DNA of 26,296 nucleotides, taken from positions 1-26,296 of the forward strand of contig JAEORO010000165.1 of assembly GCA_016840855.1 (NCBI GenBank), written 5' to 3'. Position numbers and translations under genes: made by a program. Under the pieces are notes generated by a model, which searched no databases, was not told the origin of the DNA, and was given only the letters and a program-made list of their open reading frames with translations. This DNA comes from Candidatus Thorarchaeota archaeon. GTDB lineage: Archaea; Asgardarchaeota; Thorarchaeia; Thorarchaeales; Thorarchaeaceae. Shown piece after piece: positions 16,381-23,525 of this stretch (position 1 is its first letter; the number at the start of each line of letters is the position of its first letter).

Positions 16381-17811
16381 TCATTCCGAAATTCCAGCAA
16401 GGTATTTTGCTATCTTCTTCCTTAGATCCAAATCATACCCCTTGAGGATAGCAACATCCTCCATCTGAGGAGACCCACCACCATGGAGACCTGCAACTGC
16501 CACAACACCTCCGATAGATGAGCACAACATATCAGAGAGAGCTCGATAGAGTTTATACACATCCTCGGAAGGTACATCCTCTTTTCGCTTGATATATTTC
16601 TGAAGTAGTGGTCCAATTTCCTGATCATAGAAGTCTGCCTCGTGAGGAAGCGTAGCGGGTAATCCACCTGATAGATCAGCTAGAATCTCAAGTTCGTGAT
16701 AGTAATTCTTTCCCGCATGTTTGCGACCAACATTGCAGAACACAGCATCTGGAATCATAGTACCTGAATCATCTTTGGTCGCAGTGTGTGCAGCGGCAAT
16801 ACCAGCAGCATATACAAGCTCACTAACACTGATCAGATCTGCAAGTTTCGACTGAACGTGTTTCTTATCCTCAATTCCACTATATTCACTCACCAATGCG
16901 CTAAAGCCGAGGATAATTTCAGAGCTTGCTGGCTTGCAACCAGTGTAACTGTGTCTATGATAGAGAGCAAATAGTAGTGCAGCCCATCCACCGAATGCGT
17001 GTTCATCTTCATACCCGCCAAGGAAAACACGCTCGTTAGGAATAAAGACATCATCAAAAATTATGAAATTCTCAACATCTCCAACATCACCAAAAGGACA
17101 AGAGAAGTGCTCTCGTTTATGACTCGATGCACGAGTTACTAGTTTGACACCATCCCAATCACCTGGAACTGCAAAAGCAACTGAGTAAGCATCCTCCTGT
17201 GGAGTTAGCATCCGAGTTGGGAGAACAATGATTTCTTCTGCAACTGCAGCAGCAGTGATGTGATTCTTAGCACCTCGGACTACTATGCCATCATCTCGAT
17301 GTTCAATGACTCGCAAGTATAGATCTGGGTCAGCTTGCTCATGAGGGCGCAAAGCTCTGTTACCTTTAACGTCAGTTTGAGCGCAGCTACCAATGATATT
17401 ATTCTCCTGCCAGTATTTTAGATATTTCAGGAATCTCTGATTATATGGTCGACGGGTCATTGCTTCCGCCCTGTATGTGATTATGGATAATGCATTCATT
17501 GCATCAATCCCCATGCATCGAAAAACACAGCCCCCAGTTTGACGGCAGAGTTTTCTCGTTAATTCCTGCTTCTTAAGTAGGTCATCAACACTCTGGTGAA
17601 TATTGGTGAAGCGATTAATTGTACCAAATTCCTTGGACTCCACCTCAAGTAAGTTCTGGAACTCGGGGTCCTTAACTTTGTCCAAAGTCTGAGCCATGAC
17701 TCCTGCGACTGCTCGTAGTCGTGGGTCATCACGCTTAACATTTTCACCATTAATGATTACATTAGGTTTCATTTGGTAGAGCTTCTGTAGATATTCTTCT
17801 CCAGTCCTCAT
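16381..17811 (-). CDS. 4-hydroxybutyryl-CoA dehydratase-like protein (AbfD/HpaB family, FAD and [4Fe-4S])
   Basis: CVFRCMGIDA, QTDVKGNR, DPDLY, GIVVRGAKNHIT, HRHSYTGCK, HGGGSP. Confidence 0.9.
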   Translation of the reverse strand: MRTGEEYLQKLYQMKPNVIINGENVKRDDPRLRAVAGVMAQTLDKVKDPEFQNLLEVESKEFGTINRFTNIHQSVDDLLKKQELTRKLCRQTGGCVFRCMGIDAMNALSIITYRAEAMTRRPYNQRFLKYLKYWQENNIIGSCAQTDVKGNRALRPHEQADPDLYLRVIEHRDDGIVVRGAKNHITAAAVAEEIIVLPTRMLTPQEDAYSVAFAVPGDWDGVKLVTRASSHKREHFSCPFGDVGDVENFIIFDDVFIPNERVFLGGYEDEHAFGGWAALLFALYHRHSYTGCKPASSEIILGFSALVSEYSGIEDKKHVQSKLADLISVSELVYAAGIAAAHTATKDDSGTMIPDAVFCNVGRKHAGKNYYHELEILADLSGGLPATLPHEADFYDQEIGPLLQKYIKRKEDVPSEDVYKLYRALSDMLCSSIGGVVAVAGLHGGGSPQMEDVAILKGYDLDLRKKIAKYLAGISE

Positions 17812-18041
17812 CTAAATCAACCCTAGGACATAGAGAAATCTGATACTTAACTTAAACGGACGCCCAAAAATATTGAAATCTTGGTAGCAGTCACCTCAAT
17901 AATAAGCAAAACTTTGTTCTAGGTGTCAGAAATTTTGGATTTTGTGAGTGAATAATATTCGACAGTTCCTAAAGAAAATCTCGGCAAAATAAGAAACGCT
18001 CTTAAGCAGGACTCAAGAGAGGCATTTAGAGGAGATATTTC

Positions 18042-19121
18042 TTGGCAGATTATCTTGAGAGTTTGAAAGGAGATATTATTACTATCACCAAGACGCTTGA
18101 GAAGTTCTTTAATGATAAAATCGAGCAAGTGACACCACTTGGTTCATGGCATAAACAGTACTACTCGAATATCAAGGAGTACATCATGCGGGGAGGAAAA
18201 AGACTACGTCCAGTTCTTGTTCTTTTGGGATACAAAGCTGTCAAAGGCGATACAGTCCCAAAGAATCTATACACAGCAGCCCTATCGGTCGAGATTCTAC
18301 ATAACGGGTCGTTGCTGCATGATGATCTTATTGACCACGATGAAACTAGAAGGGGAGGCAAGACATTCCACGCAACCTATCGAGACCTCTACTTTGATAG
18401 AACCAAGGATGAAAAATCATCATTCGATCATGGAATGACTATGGCTATACTTGGTGGTGACTCTCTGATTAATCTCGGAGCATCTGCTATTACAGCAGCT
18501 AATTTGAATCCGGATGTTACCTCGCAGTGTCATCATCTCTACGAGTTCGCATTCCAACACCTTGTTGATGGTGTTTTACTAGAGATGAATATGATACATG
18601 ACAAAGCCGCAACCTCAGAAACCTACTTGCAGATGGTTCGAATGAAGACCGCTGTTCTTTTCGACCGTTCACTTATGATGGGGGCAGCAGCAGCTCGAGC
18701 AACTAATTCTCAACTGAAAGCGCTTGAGGAGTTTGGAATAAAAGTTGGTCAAGCATTTCAGGTTCAGGACGATATTCTTGGGTCATTTGGTGCTGAAGAA
18801 AAACTTGGAAAATCCGTTTCTGGTGATATCAGGGAAGGTAAAAAGACCATGCTCGTCTTTGAAGCCTATGCAAAATCAAATGATAAACAGAGGAGAGAAC
18901 TTGATCACTTATTGGGCAAACCCGGAATCACTGATCAAGAGATTGAACGAGTACGTGAACTGTTTCGTAAAACTGGAGCACTAGAATCGACACAAAAGAA
19001 AATGACTCAACTTTTGACATCGGGTCAGAAGGCACTTGACAAAGCAGAGCCGCCTTTGGATACAAAATATAAGGAGTTCCTTATAGGTCTCTCAGATTTT
19101 CTTGTGCAACGAGATTTCTAG
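18042..19121 (+). CDS. trans-Polyprenyl diphosphate synthase
   Basis: GGKRLRP, FARM HDDLID..RRG, KTA, SARM FQVQDDILG, GK..GDIREGKKT. GAGGAG RBS before TTG. Confidence 0.95.
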   Translation: MADYLESLKGDIITITKTLEKFFNDKIEQVTPLGSWHKQYYSNIKEYIMRGGKRLRPVLVLLGYKAVKGDTVPKNLYTAALSVEILHNGSLLHDDLIDHDETRRGGKTFHATYRDLYFDRTKDEKSSFDHGMTMAILGGDSLINLGASAITAANLNPDVTSQCHHLYEFAFQHLVDGVLLEMNMIHDKAATSETYLQMVRMKTAVLFDRSLMMGAAAARATNSQLKALEEFGIKVGQAFQVQDDILGSFGAEEKLGKSVSGDIREGKKTMLVFEAYAKSNDKQRRELDHLLGKPGITDQEIERVRELFRKTGALESTQKKMTQLLTSGQKALDKAEPPLDTKYKEFLIGLSDFLVQRDF

Positions 19122-19186
19122 ATTTAATCATTATGACGTACAAAGACACAGTTTTATTGTTATCAAATTCTGATTAATTGATTTTG

Positions 19187-20107
19187 ATGACATATAGAGT
19201 GCGGAATTACCATTTTGACACAGACCTTGATGACGCTCGATTATTCCTTGGTGAAATTTTCAATCATACAAAAAAGCTCTATACCTGGGTACCTACAAGG
19301 TTGGAGAATGAAAGACATGGTCCTTGTGGATCTGAAGAACAACGTGAGGACGATTCCAAACTAAGAATTTGGGAATACTATGATGGTGATTCTTCATCTA
19401 TTGCAGCACTAACAATCCTGGAGTCGTATGGCTATTTCTGGATGAATGTTCATCCTGATCACGATAAGCTTGTTCATAAGATAATTCCTGCAATAGAAGA
19501 ACAGAGAAGACAAATGAACAAGGGCAAGAAGGAGGAGCTGAAGATCGGCACACCTGTTCCGGTTGGTTTCAAGTCACGAATAGAACATCTCAAAGAATTT
19601 GGATATGAAGATGGGGGACTCTGTGAGCACAATCAAGTAAGACCCCTAGATTTACCGCCGCCTGACTTCCAACCTCCTGAAGGATATATTGTTAGGCATG
19701 TTAAATTACCTGAAGATTTTGAGCCTTATAGCGAAGCAGTAAACACTGTGTTCTCTCATTGTGGTATGACTGAGAAACTAGCTATGCTTTATACTGAAGC
19801 TGGATTCTACCATGATGAACTAGATCTTGTTGTTGAAGCTCCTGACGGAAGTTTTGCATCTTTTGTTACTGTAAGGGTTGATCCACTAACAAGAATGGTG
19901 GAACTTGAACCAGTTGGTACGCATCCAGACCACAGAGGTAAAGGTCTTGCACAAGCTGTATGTGCTGAAGGCATCAGACGTGTTCAAAAACATAATCCAT
20001 CATGCATTGTCATTTTGGGAGCCGCCTCGAGTGAAGCAGCAGCCAAACTCTATGCGTCTCTTGGTTTTGATAAGGAAGATGTTCATCTCTGGAAAAAAAA
20101 TCTCTAG
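19187..20107 (+). CDS. GNAT family N-acetyltransferase (two-domain)
   Basis: ELEPVGTHPDHRGKGLA and AAAKLYASLGF. Start uncertain (TTG 19178 or ATG 19187). Confidence 0.9.
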   Translation: MTYRVRNYHFDTDLDDARLFLGEIFNHTKKLYTWVPTRLENERHGPCGSEEQREDDSKLRIWEYYDGDSSSIAALTILESYGYFWMNVHPDHDKLVHKIIPAIEEQRRQMNKGKKEELKIGTPVPVGFKSRIEHLKEFGYEDGGLCEHNQVRPLDLPPPDFQPPEGYIVRHVKLPEDFEPYSEAVNTVFSHCGMTEKLAMLYTEAGFYHDELDLVVEAPDGSFASFVTVRVDPLTRMVELEPVGTHPDHRGKGLAQAVCAEGIRRVQKHNPSCIVILGAASSEAAAKLYASLGFDKEDVHLWKKNL

Positions 20108-20143
20108 ATATCACAAAAAGAAAAGTGGGGATGAGTAATTCTC

Positions 20144-20734
20144 CTAGAGAAAATTCATGATTCTCATCCCGGCTGCACGAGCTGATTCAAGAACACGAGT
20201 GTTTTCACGAACGGAGCTGCGGCCATTCATTCCAGCTGCGACCACAGTTTCTAGATACTTCATTCCAAGATAATTACAGATGTCTTTAATCATCCCAATG
20301 GTGTGTTGCGCATAATTCTCATCGCCACCACCCATCGGAATTGCTGCAATAATCTGTTTTCCTTGAAACTTCCTTTGGTCAACACCATACCATCGGTCAA
20401 TAAAAGTCTTGAACTGAGCTGTCGGACCCCACCAATAAATTGGAGTGCCTAAAACCCATACTTCCGATTTCTCCATTAACGGCAATAGTTTCTTCATATC
20501 ATCGTCATGTACACATTTTCCAGTGCGTTGACATCCGTTGCAAGCTTGGCAAGGAGCAATATCGAGTTCATTAAGAATGACTTTTTCTGATGTTGCTCCT
20601 TGTTCAACAGCTGATGCAAGTATGGCATCTACCAAGGTTTCAGTATTTCCTTGACGCCGAGGACTTCCAACAATCCCAAGAACATGCTTGTTCTCGTAAG
20701 GTGCTATCCATTTCACCTCCAATGGTTTTCTCAT
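20144..20734 (-). CDS. Iron-sulfur flavoprotein (Isf-like, flavodoxin/FMN-reductase family)
   Basis: GSPRRQGNT, CQACNGCQRTGKC (CX2CX2CX5C), GTPIYW, KTFIDR. ATGA overlap with the upstream gene. Confidence 0.92.
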   Translation of the reverse strand: MRKPLEVKWIAPYENKHVLGIVGSPRRQGNTETLVDAILASAVEQGATSEKVILNELDIAPCQACNGCQRTGKCVHDDDMKKLLPLMEKSEVWVLGTPIYWWGPTAQFKTFIDRWYGVDQRKFQGKQIIAAIPMGGGDENYAQHTIGMIKDICNYLGMKYLETVVAAGMNGRSSVRENTRVLESARAAGMRIMNFL

Positions 20735-21663
20735 CTTTTTACCATGACTATCTCAAAGTCAACAAGCTCAGGACGGATTTCTGCAAGACCTATCATTGCA
20801 GAATTATTTGACTCAAAATAGCTCTCAGCTTGAATCTTGATATCAGTCCATCCTGCTTTTTTGCATTCTTTAGCTAATTCAACTAGTAACCGGGGCCAAG
20901 CATAGTTGTACCCTGGTCTCATTGCTGTGAATCTCATGATAATCTTCTCTTCATCACCAAAAACTCGCGCATTGTTTGGTTGAAAACGAAGTGGAGCAGT
21001 TGCTGCTACGACCTTATCCCCATCAAAGAGAATTACTGCATGACCATCTTTCAAAACCCTGTCTCTGAAATAAGACTTGATTCTTTCCTCATCAGAGATC
21101 TGGTTACGAAGAGACTCCTCAGCTAGAAAAATTTCTACCAAATGGTCCATGTCATTCTCAGTCGCTACTTTGGTTGTGAGTGCAGCCGCTTCCTCAGAAA
21201 GCTCCAGATTGCTTGTTTCAACCACATCAAGTGGTAGAATATATCTGAAAATACGAGTATCCTCAACAAAACCTCGTTTTTTGAAGAAATCCAACTGTGT
21301 GTTTCTGAGGTTCGATCGCTGTATAATAGTTGTACCAATTTCCTTGGTTCCTTCTCTTGCGTCTAGGTAGGTCATCATTTCATCAAAAATCTTCAATTGA
21401 ACATCAGATGGGCAACTAGGCATAGTCCATGGATAACCCACATAGGTTCTTCCTGTTTCTGATGATGAATCCCTAGCTGTGACATAAGCAAGGGGTTCGC
21501 CTTCATTAGTTAGAGCATACCTTGTCATTTCAGGAGCTCGTTGCAAGTTACGGTCCCGAATAACCTCAGCTCTCTCAGGGATGCCTGATGCATGAGAGAA
21601 AATCTTGGCTTGGATATCTTCTAGACCTTTATCGGGTTCCCATACTGTGTACTTGACTTCCAC
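20731..21663 (-). CDS. Hypothetical protein, probable divergent tandem GNAT fold (paralog 2)
   Basis: FFKKRGF resembles GNAT motif B; KVATENDMDHL resembles a second domain start. GTG start follows GGAGG. Confidence 0.7.
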   Translation of the reverse strand: MEVKYTVWEPDKGLEDIQAKIFSHASGIPERAEVIRDRNLQRAPEMTRYALTNEGEPLAYVTARDSSSETGRTYVGYPWTMPSCPSDVQLKIFDEMMTYLDAREGTKEIGTTIIQRSNLRNTQLDFFKKRGFVEDTRIFRYILPLDVVETSNLELSEEAAALTTKVATENDMDHLVEIFLAEESLRNQISDEERIKSYFRDRVLKDGHAVILFDGDKVVAATAPLRFQPNNARVFGDEEKIIMRFTAMRPGYNYAWPRLLVELAKECKKAGWTDIKIQAESYFESNNSAMIGLAEIRPELVDFEIVMVKR

Positions 21664-21666
21664 TAG

Positions 21667-22608
21667 CTATTCCTCCATGTTATAGAAAAAGAAAACTTCG
21701 CGTTCCACAATCTCAGGTTGCATACTCGCTATACCTTGGACTACTGGACCTTGAGCTCTAAAACCAAAGAAAGATCTTATTGGAACTTGCGTCCATCCAG
21801 CTTCCTTTGCTTGTTTTGCTACTTCGATTAGCAACCTATTCCATGCATGAGTATAGCCAGGTCGAAGTGATGTGAATCGCATGATGACTCTATCTTCATT
21901 ACCTTCTAGGATTCGGCCATCAGGTTTGAAAAGTAGTGGTGCACTTGCAGCGACTGCTTTGTCACCATCAAAGAGAATTACAGCGTGCCCATCCTTTAGG
22001 ACTCTGTCTTTGAAATAAGGAGCATATGCTTCGTCATTAGGAAAAGCCTGACTCATGAAGGGATCTGACTTTGTCAACTCTATTAGGGTATCAAGATCAG
22101 CATCGTTAGCAACTCGACATTTCAGCCCTTCAGCAGGACCAGACACCTTCAACTTGCTTGTTTTTTCAACATTAAAGTCCTTGGAGTAAGTATAGGCAGT
22201 TTCATCCTTTGCAAAACCTCTCTGCTCAAAGTACTCGATTTGTGCATCCTTTGTTTTTGATGCTAGAACAACACTTGTCGATATTCGCTTAGTGTCTTCT
22301 TTACTCTTCCAATAGGCAATCATGTCCTTGAGTAGTTTGTCTTTGACCTCAACTGGACATTCAGGAAGCGACCAAGGATATCCAATATGAACCTTTCCAG
22401 GTTCTTGTGGTATTGTAAGTGAGGTGATGTAAGCTAGTGGTGCTCCACCCTTTGTGAACGCATAACGTGTGGCATCATTTCCTCTCATATCGTTTCGAGG
22501 TCCGATTTCCTCAGCATTAGCAGGAATACCTGACACCTCAGTGTAAATCTTTGCTTGGACATCTTCTAGTCCCTGACCAGAAGCCCAGTTTTTGTAAACA
22601 ACATTCAT
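21667..22608 (-). CDS. Hypothetical protein, probable divergent tandem GNAT fold (paralog 1)
   Basis: YFEQRGF and RVANDADLDTL; collinear with 20731..21663. ATG 22608 follows GGAGG and aligns with the paralog's start. Confidence 0.7.
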   Translation of the reverse strand: MNVVYKNWASGQGLEDVQAKIYTEVSGIPANAEEIGPRNDMRGNDATRYAFTKGGAPLAYITSLTIPQEPGKVHIGYPWSLPECPVEVKDKLLKDMIAYWKSKEDTKRISTSVVLASKTKDAQIEYFEQRGFAKDETAYTYSKDFNVEKTSKLKVSGPAEGLKCRVANDADLDTLIELTKSDPFMSQAFPNDEAYAPYFKDRVLKDGHAVILFDGDKAVAASAPLLFKPDGRILEGNEDRVIMRFTSLRPGYTHAWNRLLIEVAKQAKEAGWTQVPIRSFFGFRAQGPVVQGIASMQPEIVEREVFFFYNMEE

Positions 22609-22902
22609 CTCGATTTCTCCTCCTGTTGTTTTGTAAAAGCAAAACAAATGAATAATAATGGTTTACCTATTAAACCTTATTGCTTAAGATGCTTGAATAA
22701 GCAAACTTATATTACGCGTTAGTGTGGTATGTAAACTATCAAGGGAGTTTATCAATCACTGTGAGTTAGGTCGATAGAACAGGATTTCCGCAAACTTTCA
22801 TAGCGCAAGTATGACCATGTTTTAGAAATTTATTCCCTTACTTAGGATCATCTTGAATACTTTTGCTCTACAAGAAATAGTAATTGTCGAATTGGAAATA
22901 AC

Positions 22903-22935
22903 GGAAGGCTGGGTGTAATTCACCCAACGCCTTCC
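22903..22935. terminator. GC-rich bulged hairpin downstream of the NIPSNAP gene
   Basis: GGAAGGC-TGGGTG-taatt-CACCCA-ac-GCCTTCC: 13-bp stem with a 2-nt bulge. Confidence 0.55.
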
Positions 22936-22953
22936 AAAAATACAACTTGTTAC

Positions 22954-23253
22954 TTATGCTTCAGCCATCATTGGCAAAAGCTTTGTTGATTCAATCGAGG
23001 TACGAACTTCCTGAAGCCTCTTACTTAGCTGGACATATTCTTCATCATTTCGAAGACTTTCAACCTTCATCTTGTAGTCGTTCTCATCTCTATACTTTGA
23101 AAGGTAATAGACCTCATTCTCGTTCTCAGCATTTACCCAGAAACCTACAATATCCACATGATGTTTATCATAGATTTTCTGAAATTTCTCCCGCAAATCA
23201 TCCATCTCTTTACCGGACTTTGAATTGGATCGATATAACATGTATAATGCCAT
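22954..23253 (-). CDS. NIPSNAP family protein
   Basis: About 99 aa; Y..K.GK, KHHVDIVGFW, NEVYYLSKY, IESTKLLP fit the NIPSNAP dimeric alpha/beta barrel pattern. Confidence 0.8.
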   Translation of the reverse strand: MALYMLYRSNSKSGKEMDDLREKFQKIYDKHHVDIVGFWVNAENENEVYYLSKYRDENDYKMKVESLRNDEEYVQLSKRLQEVRTSIESTKLLPMMAEA

Positions 23254-23525
23254 GATAATCACTGATAATTCACTATAGTTAATTACATATATTAGTTTTG
23301 AAATGTGATAAAACGACTAGATGGGGGTAATGAAACTCACTAGGAGGAACAATATGTTTTCTAAAGCCAAGATATTCGTGTAAATGCACAATTTGAAAGG
23401 GTTAAAATATTAGTGCAAGAGCTCAATGTTTCTAATTCTAAAAGTTACAAACCGGAATGACTACTAGAGATAGATACTTGGAAATGAAATCCATCTATCG
23501 ATATGGAGAGGAGTGAGAAGACGAT

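Noticed and set aside
16348-16383. Selenocysteine or pyrrolysine readthrough at TGA/TAG stops
   Set aside because: In the recognisable families the stops fall at expected C-termini (e.g. LAGISE), and I saw no interrupted domain or convincing SECIS.
18042-19121. Prenyl synthase as donor for Rab prenylation
   Set aside because: Both GTPases lack C-terminal Cys, the gene is 12 kb away, and no protein prenyltransferase is present in the window.
22730-22752. Short inverted repeat TAAACT-N8-AGTTTA upstream of the GNAT-like operon
   Set aside because: 6-bp AT-rich arms with a single occurrence; indistinguishable from chance.
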